Assembly (NCBI GenBank): GCA_900088475.1
Contig: FLMG01000484.1
Coordinates: forward strand, 1-64,000
Length of the DNA stretch: 64,000 nt
Direction of reading: 5' to 3'
From: Hyphochytrium catenoides
Lineage: Eukaryota; Protista; Hyphochytriomycota
Part shown: piece by piece, positions 27,430 through 40,401 of the stretch
Layout of the letters: each line of letters opens with the position of its first letter
Position numbering within the stretch: position 1 is the first letter of the stretch
The notes under the pieces: model-generated
What the model was told of the DNA's origin: nothing
The model's input: the letters and a program-made list of their open reading frames with translations, nothing else
Database searches by the model: none
Translations under genes and position numbers: made by a program

Positions 27430-29061
27430 ATGTGGTGGAGGGAGAGTATCCAAGAGCCAACCCTGGAGGAGTGCCCAGCTCACTTCACGACAGGGCAACC
27501 GTATGAAGATGGCAACAAATGCGCCGCTCTTGCAAAATACGGACGACAACTGTTCCGCGATGATAGGAGACTTAGAGAGCTCGCAAGTGGAATTGTTGAT
27601 GAGAGGACATACAGGATGGACGGTAGTTCACTCATCCTGCTTAGTATACCACAGATGGTAGCACTTATGGCGTGACTTTTGCACTGACCTAGGCGAGATT
27701 ATTAGAGACCTTAGAGCAAGCTTGTACGATCTAATAAGAAGACGGGATGATTTTTTTCGAGTTGCTCTTGTTCGCGAAGAGCACCTTAGAAGTACCATTA
27801 AGCAGCTTACCGTGAGTATTAAGAGGTGGTACCGTCGTCTCTCTCTGCTCGTCCCTCCTAACGCATCTTTTGCCCTCCCCTTTAGATTGCCGCACAAGTT
27901 CCGGGATCAGCTAATTACTTTACGGAGAGAATAAGAGCCCTGGAACAAGAAGTGGAAGGATGCAGGAACCAACTCCGCAAACAGCAAGCTGAGAAGGATG
28001 TGCTTGAAGATCGTATTCAGCAGAGAGCGAAATTGGACCTAGAGGCCGAACGCAAGCTGCAAGCTTTACGGCTCGACGCCGTACATAAAGAACTTGATGC
28101 GCAGAAGCAGGAGGTGGTCAAACTCAAAGAAACTTTGGAAAAGGTAGAGAATGCCCTTAGGGCCGAGCGGAGGAAGAATGCCACCGTGACTGAAGCGCTA
28201 AACAGAAAGAGCTTGAGCCACGCAGAATTGGAGCTCGCTTATGGTAGACTTCAGCGGACGCTCCGCAAGCTTGAAAGTGAGAAGGCGGAATTGGAGTTAG
28301 ATCGCGAGAGCGATCGTGCGCTGGCTAACGACGCGATGATTACGGTACGGAGTCCACGATGGCCAATACTACAGAGGATCTCTAATAAGAGGTTTCCTCA
28401 TATGACCGCTTCTAGCTCAAAAGCGAGTTTATACGCGTTCAAGAAACCTTGGCTAAGGAGAAACTAAAGTTCAACGAGCTCCACCAAGAGTTCGTGGGCA
28501 ATGGCTTCAGACGACGAAAAGATCCTTTGTTGGTTAACATGGGTAAAGAGCAATGGGATGCAGGCTCAGCAGGGTCTACTTTTCCACCTCTAGAGGTAAA
28601 GTATAAACAATGGATGGACGGCTCTCTTGTAAGGCTGATGGCTCATTCTTAAAAAGCTTTCGCAGGTGGAAGGGTCACCCACGCCGAAAGCACGGTTTGG
28701 GTTGGGACAGGTCCGAGAAGTCTTCTCAAGAGTTCTATCTACTCCGTCTTTACCAAGACCACAAGTGAGCGAGGCCCCACCTATATCCATAGTTGGACCA
28801 CATATTTCGGCTTCCGACCAGAAGACGCCTCTCCTTGGACGCGTAGAGCACGTGATCACAGTAGAGAATGAGAACTGTGGCATGAGCAGCGGTCGTCAGG
28901 ACGGGGGAGAACTACAGCAAGAAGGCGACGGTGATGGCGATTTTAAAGTTTTCGTGGACGCCCCTGAGGACGAGGACACTATAATCCTCTTTGATGACAT
29001 TGAAGACAGTCTTCTTTCTTCTACCTCGATGTCTTCAACGCAGGAAGAAGAGAGAGCATAG
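27430..29061 (+). CDS. Multi-exon coiled-coil protein with acidic C-terminus, unknown function
   Basis: Consecutive ORF segments 27430, 27722, 27952, 28449 and 28666 separated by GT-AG introns; long heptad region 27952-28340. Confidence 0.65.
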
Positions 29062-31196
29062 CGGTCATTGGTGTTCAAGGTGGACAGCAGCAGATGTACA
29101 AAAGGCAAGCTCGAGTTGGCCGTTTATCTGACACCGCTAAGGCAGTTTGGGGCAGCTGACCGGCTACTCCCGCTAGACGTGTTGATCTCATTTTACTGGC
29201 TGCCTTCGGCATTCTAGCGATAATTCTCCTCCTGATTACGCAGTCTTCAGTAGAAGGATACTAATTAGATTAGTTCTTTGTCATGGGATGTTGTGCTGAA
29301 TGACCTTTCATGGAAGGATTTGGTTACTCCTGTGCCCGCGGTTCCACGGAACCAGCGGGCCATTGCAGGCTTGTAAAGGGAGCTCCATCTACTTCGGGTC
29401 ATCAACCCACCAATCGCTACAGTATACCAGCTTACTCTGAGTTGTCTCCGCCGCTGAGAAGTGAACTAACTAGCAGTTCTACACATGGCCAAGCAATGCA
29501 CACGCAGATGGAGTTTTGAACCGGCCTGGTGCCTTTGTTTGTGGCAGAGACATAGATAGAGACAGAGATGCAGACTGAAGGACAAGGCTGCCTTTCGATT
29601 TGGTCGTTACCCTTCTTCAGATAGCGAATCTATCACAACAAAAAGTGGAATCAGGACGGCTGCAATGAGGCCATTCCTAATCTGTACTGTAGGAAAGTTC
29701 AAAACCACATTGGTACAGGCTGATCTGGTGTAAAAGCTGTATATTCCGTCCACAGCACGGACCCTGTGTTATGTCGAACGCTCCAATACATGTACACAGA
29801 CCATAAGAACAACTCTCTAATATCTTGGATGTACCTTGTCCCCATTTACAATCAAGTGAGGTTTCGACTGATTCGTAATATAATTGCTATTTGCTGTTCC
29901 AATTCAAAATGCCTAGAAACACTCTACAGTAATAAATGACAGAGGAAATATTCAGACCTTATCACCTCTATCTTTCCCAAAAATGCAGCTAAGGAAATGA
30001 AACTCGGCATAGTGGCAAATCTCATTGGCGGAAAGCGATTGACGAGGGCACTTTGTCAAAGTTCATAATTCCAACCTCTCAGGATGAAAGCTTCGAAGGA
30101 TTCAAAAAATGAAACCTTCGAGATCACCTGGAAGGAAGCCAAAACAGAACGAAGTGCCTTCGTGAATCGATAGAGCATACCAAATTAGGGGCCTATGCAA
30201 GGTTTCAGCTTGACGAAACTATCACAGGTGGGAGGAAAGTACAAACTCTAGTGGGGCTCACCCACTATTGAGCTTCAGGTGCCCACCCACTCCGAGCGGT
30301 TTCAGGATGATTTCAACAGATTTCTTTCTCATCATTTGCCGTGGCGCTCGCCGTCCGACAGTGGTGGCGATGATGATGATGATGATAAAGAAGCACGCAG
30401 CAGCAGCACTGGCAGCAGGCAGAGTGACCACCAAGACAGAAAGAAGGAACGAAGACCTAATAAGGGGCAACTAGGATATACATGTGAGAACCAATGACGG
30501 GGTGAGGGCACCAGTGTTGATAGGGAGCAACCTCTCCTCCTGCCGGGTCTCTCTATGCTTCTACATCCCTCCAACTTACTATCATCCAGAGCTTCCTTCT
30601 TCTGTGTCCTCAATGGTAGGTCTTGCTTCTCGATAGAAAGCAAGGAAGAGGTTCAGGGGGTTTCCTGCATTCAAGCTGAGATTTCTGGAAAGCAACCCAC
30701 AGTCTAGATTGGTCTGCATCCTCTCCGGCCTAGCCCGAGTCAGTCCTCTCCGCCCTAACTTTTTCTCCAGCTTCTAAGCCTTCGCCTCTACGATCAGCGA
30801 TACATCTTTGGCCGGTCTAAGGGTGGGAACGTTTACCAGCCGACACCTTCTTCCTATTGCAGTGTCTAGAACTTGTCAGCGTTCTTCACATCTTCCTCGT
30901 ACCTAGAGGATACCAGTTGTCGGGATTAGGAGTGATACCAAGAAAATAACAGAAAAATCACTAGAACACCCTCAGGACGGAGCTCAACCCCTGCGGAACC
31001 TCTTTAACGCAAGCAGTAGTGCGTCCAGACCACTCAAGGATCTCTTTTATATCCAGACAGAGGGTTCACGACTCCGGTTCAAAGAATGGAGCGGTGGCTC
31101 TAGTTGTTCCTTTTAGGGTTAAGCAAGACTCAAATCCTGGAGCTCCTCACAGCTCGTGAAGCATAGCTTCCTCGGGGCATCAAGGAGGTCAAGACA

Positions 31197-31688
31197 ATGG
31201 CAAACTCTTCGAGTCATATTCTAAATGGAGCCTATCAAATTGATCTACACCTCTCAGACAGCCCAGACAGGTTCCTTAAGGCTCTAAAGGTACAGTTTAT
31301 CAGACGGCAGGTAATGTGCCGCTCTAGATTAGACCTATGGTTGAAGATCACTCCGGAGAAGGTGATGGAAGTTAGAAAGACTTCATGGTCTACCAAATCG
31401 TTAGAGTTCCACATAGGCAACATGGACTATATCACAGCCTTCTTCAACCAGGATTTGGGCTACGTGGTGCAGGGAAAGGTTTGGATAGAAGGCAATGTCT
31501 TGCACGGGACAGTGGCAGTGCCAAAAATAGGGACGTACTCGGAAAAGAGGTACCTCAACGACAAGGACCAACTGGTCTGGGAGACCTCCTATAAGACAAG
31601 AGACCATGTGGATATTGCATTCAAGAGAATCTTTCGCAGGGTTCAGGATAAAGATGCGAATACGAAGCGTGTCTCACCAACCAAGTGA
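31197..31688 (+). CDS. Single-exon calycin / fatty-acid-binding-protein-like beta-barrel protein (163 aa)
   Basis: Pattern LNGAYQID..SDSPDRFLKALKVQFIRR ... EFHIG ... WIEGNVL ... EKRYLNDKDQLV ... FKRIFRR resembles the FABP/iLBP layout. Confidence 0.6.
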   Translation: MANSSSHILNGAYQIDLHLSDSPDRFLKALKVQFIRRQVMCRSRLDLWLKITPEKVMEVRKTSWSTKSLEFHIGNMDYITAFFNQDLGYVVQGKVWIEGNVLHGTVAVPKIGTYSEKRYLNDKDQLVWETSYKTRDHVDIAFKRIFRRVQDKDANTKRVSPTK

Positions 31689-31867
31689 GGCACTAGGGAG
31701 GATATGATACGCATGACATTCAGCTGAGCACTCGAGCTAGCTAGACTTTACACAGAGATGCAGATCATCAGGACAACGTTCTGCTTTCTTGGGTTCACAT
31801 GCCAACAGTTGCTTGCTTGTCTCCCATTGGAGAAGGAAACTTCTGTGGACCCAGCCTATTGGGTATT

Positions 31868-32869
31868 TTACCCCAGGTTCTCTACTTTCTCAATGAACTT
31901 CTCGTACTTTTTTCTATAGCTTTCTGCTATCCACTTGAAGGGCTCATTCACGCCCAGGTTCTCCATCTAAGTAGAAGCGAGAAGCAGAAGTTGAATAATC
32001 CTAAACATATCAGATACAGAAGCTGCTGCGACCCACCGCTGAAACTTCAAAGTACTGGACTCCATTTTGTGAGGCGAATAGCTTAGCCTCCTCCATCTGC
32101 ACCTCCGCACGACCAGACTTTCGCAAATCTGACTTCATCCCTACTATGACAGCTACCAAGTGGAACATGGATAAAAGCGCAGGGAATAGGCACAACAAAG
32201 GATGTAGTTGGAGTAAGATACAGTATTGCCACGCAACGAGGTAGGTGCATGGAGGCTGGTACCTTCAATCGGCGAGCTTCTAGCTTGCCTGGCGTTGTTC
32301 AGCCACTTCGAACACGCCAGGAAGGAGTCACGGTTTCCAATATCGAAAGTGATGATTGCTGCTGAGGCATTTTGGTACTGAAAGTCACGTTCAGTCACTC
32401 TCGGCTAGAAGCAGGAGACTTTAAAGCATGATCAGAGGTGCTCACGTTCTTCTGTGCTTGATCTAGTTGATTGAAGATGCTTTGGCCTCCACAGTCAAAG
32501 AGATACATCTCCACCGCCATATTCTTGACCTCTGTTTGCACCGACTTCACACTTAGCTCTACGCCTAGAGTCTGAAGGAAGACAGAGGGTCAGCCTCCAA
32601 CATACGCAGAAGAGTACACAGCTTCGGCAGTACCATCAAATAGTTCTTCGGGTATTCTTGGCCAGATGTAGTGAACATCTTCACCATTGCAGTCTTCCCC
32701 GTATGTGGATCGCCTGGCAGGTAATCTTCATGAGGTTCCGTCTTCCTGCAGCACATTAAATTATCCTCTTACCTACGACAATGACCTTGGATCGAAGCAT
32801 CACCTACGAACATTTCGGTTACGCGCCTTTAACCATAGCTTTGCCGTCCACGAAGTGTAGACTCACCAT
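31868..32869 (-). CDS. IFT27: Intraflagellar transport protein 27 (RabL4 small GTPase)
   Basis: M|VMLRSKVIVV|GDPHTGKTAMVKMFTTSGQEYPKNYLM; EMYLFDCGGQSIF; VIVGMKSDL; YFEVSA; no prenylation motif; stop TAA at 31868. Confidence 0.9.
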
Positions 32870-33766
32870 AGTTGTGTGCGTTGAGTCCATAGAGCGAATA
32901 GCGCTCTTCATTGGTTGATCCCCCATTTCGGCCGCAAGCCGAGTTACCTGATGTGAAGATATGGACCTGAGTTGATGTGCAATGACCTACTGGTTAGGTG
33001 AAGACCTCTACGCAGGCTCACGCTCAAGCTTGAAGTTATGGGCACTTCTCTCTTCTACAGCAAATCCCTCTGAGTTATCTCGCGGTCTTGGGGTTCTCGG
33101 GTTCTCTTCACTCTGCTCTTTATCAAGTAAGGCTCAATGCAATATCCCAGGCAGACATACGGATTGCACTTAACATGTAGAGGCAAGAAGTGTTCCAAGG
33201 CTGTAGCTCTCGAATGCTAGGAAGCTTATTGCATCTCAATAATGCTCATGATTGTCCTTTCAGTGATTGCGGGCAATCGCGCGAATCGCGCCGCTTCCCT
33301 GACTAGACGTTAGCCGCAACTGGCGGATGACAGAGAGATAACGGCTAGGGCGCCATAGAATCACTGACCTCCAGATCTTCCAGAACAGATCAGGAAGATG
33401 CAGAAATGTGCAATCGTGGACACAGCAGATTTAGCGCCAGAATCTCCGCACATTTTAACAGAGAGTGTGGGGCTTTGAAAAGGCTAGTTGCTCGTCGTCT
33501 CCATGAACCTCCAGTGTCTTTTTGCGTAAGACCAGGACCAAAGTAGTTCTTGCTTTTGGCATTAGTCTCTTTGCAAGCTGCTTTGCCGAAGCAGGTGCTA
33601 TCAGCTATCATCCCTCTTGACTTCTATGGTCTAAATAGACCTTGACTTCACTACGTTAGCAAGTTTGCACTGAGCTGGTTCATAGTCTTGTAGTCTCAAC
33701 GGTGTGCAAAGCCCACGTAGAGCTAGTAAGGCAGGGCCACCGCGTTTCGCGGGCAAGATAAAGACG

Positions 33767-34493
33767 ATGGACTCTGCCGATCCGAAGAAGCCAGCCCCAC
33801 AAGTTGACAGAGAGAAGGTAGGTCGCCTTAAAATACTACTTGCCAGGGTGCTGATCTCAGTTGCTAAGTTGTGGTTGGACCAGATTACCCCTTTCTTGAT
33901 CAGAGTATTCTGGAAGAAAGATGGGCACAATCGGTAAGCTATCCAGGCATTTTTTTAATGTAGTTTGGCCGACAGCTGAGGATTGTCAACAGGCCGGAGG
34001 ACTATCACAATGGCAACACACCCAAGGAGGAGATGCAAATCTACACCTGGTAAGAGGTGGACTGCTTAATCTCCTCCCGCCCTCCAACTAGCCCTGACAG
34101 CTCCACGCTGCTTAACTCCTTTCTCCCTTGCTGACTAATCTCTCATTGGCTCGGGCCCCATGGCGAATAGGCGAGATGCTACCCTGCGTGAGCTTTGTGA
34201 GCTTATCAAGGATGTAAATCCTGAGACTCAGAAGAGGAATGTCAGCTTATCCTTCTCTTTCGTGTATCCAGACAAGAAGGGAAGGTAAATGTTCAAGACT
34301 GGCCAAATCTTGCCCTCCCCTTGGTTCTTCAAGGGGCCTTGCTCTAACGCTATCCGATCTCAGATTCACTGTCAAGCATATCGCGACAGTTCCTGCTTTC
34401 CGACGGAAAGGGCACGCAGACGAAGAAAAAAGCCTGGCAGAACTCGGCTTCCAGGCTGGCGACTTCATCGATCTGTCCATCTTGGAGAGATAA
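33767..34493 (+). CDS. SAP18: Sin3-associated polypeptide SAP18 (ASAP/PSAP complex)
   Basis: VDREK|ITPFLIRVF..GH..PEDY; EMQIYTW|RDATLREL..LIK; SFSFVYPD; KSLAELGFQAGDFIDLSI. Confidence 0.95.
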
Positions 34494-34621
34494 GAACAGC
34501 GCCACGGCCCAAGCTTTTGCATTAAGCCGAACGTTGCTTGGGAGGTAGCAAGCTTGCAAGAGATAGTACCGTATAAGTGCCGCGCCGTCGCGGCAGAGAT
34601 AGAAGCCCAGTCATAGTGCAT

Positions 34622-35650
34622 CTACTCCTCGTCTTCCTCTTCTTCATCACTAAAATATGAGCTCTTCTTGAACTGCTTCCTTCGTCTCTGGCCAGCAGCC
34701 TCATTTCTGGCATATAGGGAGATTGAATCCTCATCATCCCTGTATTGCTCCAGAGCCTCAGCAAAAAATACAGCTTCAGCACCAAAGTACTCCGTATTAC
34801 TTACCTAGTGTCAGCGTCCAGGACGTGTGCTGGCTGGCTAGAAGAGAGATTGAAGATGTCATCCTCCTCATCAGACGTTTGACTTGTCGTAGGTCGTGGT
34901 CGTGATCCTCCGCGAAGTTTTTTAGACTTCTGACTGACCGTCCTCTGCCGTTCACCAAGAATGTTCTTTGGACAATTGTACGACTTGTGTCCTTGCTGAT
35001 GGCATTCAAAGCAATAGTTGGCCGTCGAGTACTTGCGTTTCTTGATGAACTCACTAGCTCGTCCATTATCTCGAGCAACTTGGCACCTGATCGTTAGCCC
35101 TTCAAGCACAGTCTTGTCCATTTCTAAGGGTATATTGTAGTTGAATGCAACGTGGAAGTGGCAATCAGCTTGGCGTCCTCTAGTCCAAGCATAAACTAAG
35201 CTCTCTTACCTTTCTGCGCTCGAGAGCAGTCCTCGATCCGAGCGAATTGAATAAAGGCAACTCCTTTACTCTTCCAGGTTTCCTTGTCCCGCAGAATGGT
35301 GATCTTCAAATGAGAGGCTCAAGGCGTGTTCAAGCTCTTGGAATCAAATGACGCGTACCTTCGCAATCTTTCCGAAGCGGTCGAAGAGGTTCCCGATATC
35401 ATTGTTGGTGTAGTCGAACGGCAACATGGAGACATGTAAGGTAGACTATTTTGAGGAGAAAGTTGTTTAGTATGAAGTACTAGGTGGGTGTCCAGGCCCT
35501 CTTCATACAGGTCCGGGCACGAGACACATCTAGTCTGCAAATGAATACCTTAGAGGGTGCGAAGACGGACTTTGCGGATGTCGTTAGGAGATCTGATGAC
35601 ACACTGGGGGTGGATATATGCCTTGATTGCAATGACTTCTCTGTCTCCAT
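34622..35650 (-). CDS. ZCRB1: U11/U12 snRNP 31K protein (RRM plus CCHC zinc knuckle)
   Basis: APSK|STLHVSMLPFDYTNNDI; ILRDKETWKSKGVAFIQF; ARDNGRASEFIKKRKY; CFECHQQGHKSYNCPKNILGER; C-terminal KKSSYFSDEEE. Confidence 0.93.
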
Positions 35651-36685
35651 TTGCCCGAAGAATCGGTTTTGATTACGTGGCAGGCTTGGTTGTCTAACGG
35701 AAGGAGCGTTGCCTAAGTGGTAGGCAGCCTTTGATCTATGAGTGAGAGCTTCTGCGTGTAATCTTCTTACGTCCCTAGTAGCACTGTGCCCAATCCTTCG
35801 ATTGAACTCAAAAGTCTCGTGATGATAAAGACATCAGAACGACCGTCCCAGAACTCCTCCAGGCCTAATGCTTGTCAGTTTTGCTGTTTACCTGCTCCGT
35901 CCTACCGGAAGCGGAGCACCCCCAAAGGTTGGACGGTTGGACGGATAATCTCAGATTCCCACGATCCAACCATCCGTCCTACCACTTCGTCCGACCGATA
36001 AGACTAACCCTAAGCCCCCGTATTTGTCTTGAGGGCTTGAATTATTATGATGATGGGGTAACTGGTTTGATTGTCCTGTAGGAGTATTTGCCAGGGCTTC
36101 TTTACATCTTCCCTCCCCTACCTAAAGCCTCTACCCTCCTCGAAGGAAAAGGATAAATAGGGAACTACCAGGAAGGAGTTTTTAAGATAGTGGCATGGCG
36201 TGTCTGCGGTGTGCAGGATAATCTTTCCATTTTCCTCCTCCTCCACAACTATTCGTGTCAGCTGTTCTACTAGCCGAGGAGGAAGGGCAATGCACCCAGG
36301 CTATAAGACGCTTGGTGGATAGATATTTCATGGGTTAGAGGAGATGAGGTCGCTGATGGTGGAATGGCTGATAAAAGCAATGGACTAATAAAAAGCTAGA
36401 GAAGATACGCTAATGATGGATCTGGGGACTCACACAGCTCATTGACAGATGACCAGCTCGAATTCCTTGTCTCGAGAACGCTCTCTATAGACTGACAATA
36501 TTGAAGAACAACACGCCATTAGTAGGGTAGATGGGGCTACGTTGCTTCTCAACAACGTAAGACAGGCACTTCTCTGTCTACCCGGTTTCTTTTCGCCTGG
36601 CGTTCCGAGAAATAGGACTCCTGGGATGTATTGTTTATCCTTTAGCGTCTTCTAGCTGCTGAAAGTGTCCGAACTGAAGCTACTT

Positions 36686-37373
36686 TCATACATAGCCATT
36701 AGCCCTGGCCCAACCGTAGCCAATGTAGGTACAAAGCAGCATAGAGCTTGCACCCAACAGTAACACAAGCTGTGCAGGACTGATTGCAGCAGCTCTGTAC
36801 AGGATCACTGGTACACCTAGCAGCGGGGAGGAAGTGAGAAATACACCTCAACTGAAGATGAGCAAGGAATCCCTTACCATAGAGCGATGTCCATAAGAAA
36901 GCCTCGAGGAAGTAACCTAATTGAGTGTAGACGCTGGCCATCAGCAAAACATGTGTCAATAACACAACAGTAAAAGACGGAGGAAGCAGATCCTGTGCGA
37001 AAGAGAGCGACTGGACTTTCACCTGGGTAGTTCACCATAGCCTCCCCTCAAGCCGCTGGTGAAGAAGGGACAGAGCACTCTTGGAGCTGGGATTAGGATA
37101 ATAGGTATGTCTAAAACGAAGACAAGACATCAACTACCAGAGTTGGTTGATAAGTAAGCGAGAAACCGCGCTCTTCTCGTACTCCCACTCACATATGATG
37201 AGGCCCCACCAGCTGTCGTACAGGGCTCCTGAGACAAAGATGAGGCTCGCGCTCAATAGAGTCACCCCGACAGCCAACCAGTTGATAATAACTGCTAGGA
37301 GCAGAAAGAGTTAACATCGAGCCAGCCAGCAAAGAGTCCAAACCTCGCTGTGAAGCTTACCGCCTTGTTCCAT
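36686..37373 (-). CDS. VPS55: Vps55 / LEPROT family four-TM endosomal protein (missed by the ORF track)
   Basis: Spliced product MEQGAVIINWLAVGVTLLSASLIFVSGALYDSWWGLIIYIPIILIPAP...QLGYFLEAFLWTSLYGVPVILYRAAAISPAQLVLLLGASSMLLCTYIGYGW matches the Vps55 pattern (ALY.NWW, PxP, FL..F...S..G.P.IL). Confidence 0.75.
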
Positions 37374-38364
37374 TGCTCGTTCGTCAGGACCCTTCTTTCT
37401 ACCAATTAATGCCGCACAGGAGCGACAAAGGATGCATTCCTGGGTCTTCCTGGCCCGTGTCACGGCTAGCCACTACGGAGCTTTCTGAACAAGCAGTAAG
37501 GATATGAAGAACAGCATTGAGAGACCAAGCAGCAGGCGAGCGGATGCAGCTCTTAACCGAGACTGATGATGAGCTCTTGCCGCCTACTGCAGGAAATCCT
37601 GATGATGAAGCAGCTGTAATAATGAATAAGGAAGTTGGATCGATGGGAAGATGCGAATCACTTTCCTTCTGTCGCTGTACGATGTTACGGACAGTTCGGT
37701 CGTATTCAGTTGATGTCCAGAACTTCGGACGTCGTTCAGATGGACTCGAACTTCCCTTTATTTAGTTGTGCAAAAGCATCGAAGGTGGTCTTATCTGAAG
37801 TACGTTACCGGCTGTCTACCCTTCTATTGCTTGTATGTGATGAGAGTTCAGAGCCCACGTTCTCATCATTCCCAATACTCACTCCTCTGTACTACGAGTA
37901 ACTCTGATGAAAGTTGGTTGAGATGCTGAAGGTTGCAGCATTGCATTGATGATGTCGTCCACGTCCCTGCTCTTGGAGCTAATGCTACGGCTCTGCCAGG
38001 CTGTCTAACGATAAAAGTCTATCTAGGAGAAGCAGTGAGTCGAGATTGGTTCTTCCACGGCCAAGGCCTTGCTCTAGCTTAGACGCAGCTTTAGAGGGCA
38101 ACTCAGGTTCCAAAGTGAGCAGCCCAGCTGTTGTCAAAGACAGTGATAGATTGGGTTGTGGAAGCCGTGTTTTATCATGATGTCAATTGCTCTGGATGGA
38201 TCATACGTGCCATAGTTATTGCAGAGAAGTCAATCAAGCCTTGAGATGTCCAAGCGTTGAGGTCTCCTCTTTGAGAGGCCATGACTATATCGTGGCAGTC
38301 CGCTTAGGCAGAGGGATATTAGGTTTACCCTGTTCTTAAGACAGGTTTTGGGTTCTCTCTCGCC

Positions 38365-40401
38365 ATGGCAGTGACAAAATATCCTCTTCTGGCCATAATC
38401 TGGACTCTGGTGATAGTGTTTCTGCCGTCACAGATCCAGGATTGGACTTCGGATTCTGTTATTGGGGCACCACAGCACCAGGCCAGGAGCGATCTGATCA
38501 CACCAACTCGTACCCCTTTGAAGCCAGCTAAGCCTGAACCAGCACCCTTCTGCAACCTGACGGATACCTTGAATCAGTATGTCAAAGAGCGAGACCCACT
38601 AAGGCCGGCCCAGCGCAAGATCAAGTTAGCTTTCCACGTTATCCCTTACGCATCGGGATATGAGGACGCCTTCAAGGTAGAGTAACATCATGGACTCCTG
38701 TAACCACGCCGTCTTCGCCTTCCGCCTCTAAGGTGCATGTATGCACAATGTGCTTTCTCTGTCTCTTGACTACCTCGGGTCATCTAAGGAGCTTTTGGCA
38801 AAAGCTCACTAATGCTAACTTGATATGTCGCCAGGATGAGATGATCGCCCTTGTCCCGTCCTTAGTGTTTTGTTTTATTTCCACTCAGAGTGGCCCAGAA
38901 ATTCTGCGCTGCATGCCTACTTTCAATGCTCTGGAATCTCATTCATAACTTGCACTTTATCACTAAGGGGTCTCTGTGAATAGGCCTTAGTGCGGACTCT
39001 CCGGGTACCTGGCTTGTCTGATCTGGTTGAGGCTCGCGCGATCGTCACAAGCTATGACGACAATGCGGCCACCACCGGGGAGTACAACCCTCGCTTGCGC
39101 CTACTTGTAAGGCATTTAACATGTGCACAGTCTGCCATGCCAGGACTTTCTCTCTTCGACAACGAGGTATGCCTCCGCAACTTGTAGACAAAAGCCGAAT
39201 GCCTCTGGGGCAAAAAGCTTAGCTCTTGTGACAGGTGCAGGATCATGTTGGGTGCCTGATGGAGCGCAAGGATCCAATGGCCTTCCAAGGTTGCTTGGAC
39301 GCTAACATCTCCGCAACATATCGAAGGAGTCTGTCAACGGTAAAGTTTCAAGCTGCTGCCATGCTTTTGTCTTAGTGTCAAGAGACGACTTCATCGTAGT
39401 AGCTGCTATTGGTGGCATACTCGCCTTCTCAATTTTCGCTAACACAATGCTTCCCCGTATATATAGTGCTTGGTCGAGGTTAATGGCATCAGCGTAGCTA
39501 CGGTTTTAGATTTCCAGAATCGGATGAACAGTTATGCCCATCATGTTGTCGTATCCCCGACGGTAATGCTTCTTGGAGAAGCATTCAAACCTATCTACCT
39601 TTGTGGACCGAGGTAACGCTCAATTGCCCTTGGTATGATGCGCCCTCACTAGGTAAATCAAATTTCCCTCTTGTCAGGTCTTCGGAAGATATGGAGAAAG
39701 CTCTCTGTCTCATGCTAAGGTGAGACTTTGTGATAAGGTGAAGGTATATCAAGGGTTAACGTTTAAGTCACGACTCAGGCACGAAGAGAAGGCAGTAGGT
39801 CGGATGTCCCAGTGCGGCATTCGCGCGGTGGCAGAGCTGCCCGAAGAAACATACTTCCATCACTCTGCACTCACCTCGCTCTCACCCTTCTATTATATGG
39901 TGGTGGCAAGTATGGGCAGCAGTATCTTTATTCTTGGTCTCTGCGTCTTGTTTGCCGGTCTGAGGGAGCGTGTCAATAACAACGCTGTCGGAGGCGATGG
40001 GCGGTCGCGGAGAGCAACTGCTGGGTTGACATCGCAGGAGATTGATGCTCTCAAGACAGAGGAGATCAAGGAGCCGGAAGATGACTCTGCCTTGCCAACA
40101 TGCTCTATTTGTATGGATGAGTTAGAGGTAAGGTAGAGAGTAGAACTATGCCCCTCGGCCTTTTCCTTCGCCTTTGGCTAAGTATGCAATCACACTGCTA
40201 GGTGGGTGAGGTCGTATGGGAATTCCCTTGCCCTCATCGGTATCACCAAGACTGCATCGGAGTTTGGCTAGAGAGGAAGAATGAGGTAAGCCTATGCGTC
40301 GATAATCCCTCCTTTGATTTTCTGCTAACCCTGGTATGCTGTAGTGTCCGGATTGCCGACAACCAGTTCTGCAGCGTGGAGGAGAAGCTGATGTCCTTTA
40401 A
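38365..40401 (+). CDS. Signal peptide, lumenal domain, TM helix and RING-H2 E3 ligase (ATL/RMR-like topology)
   Basis: Hydrophobic N-terminus; TM FYYMVVASMGSSIFILGLCVLFAGL; GLTSQEIDAL; CSICMDELE|VGEVVWEFPCPHRYHQDCIGVWLERKNE|CPDCR. Confidence 0.85.

Noticed and set aside
37400-37770. ~118-codon open frame on the minus strand overlapping a short plus-strand ORF
   Set aside because: No start codon, Ser-rich low-complexity content, no homology recognised.
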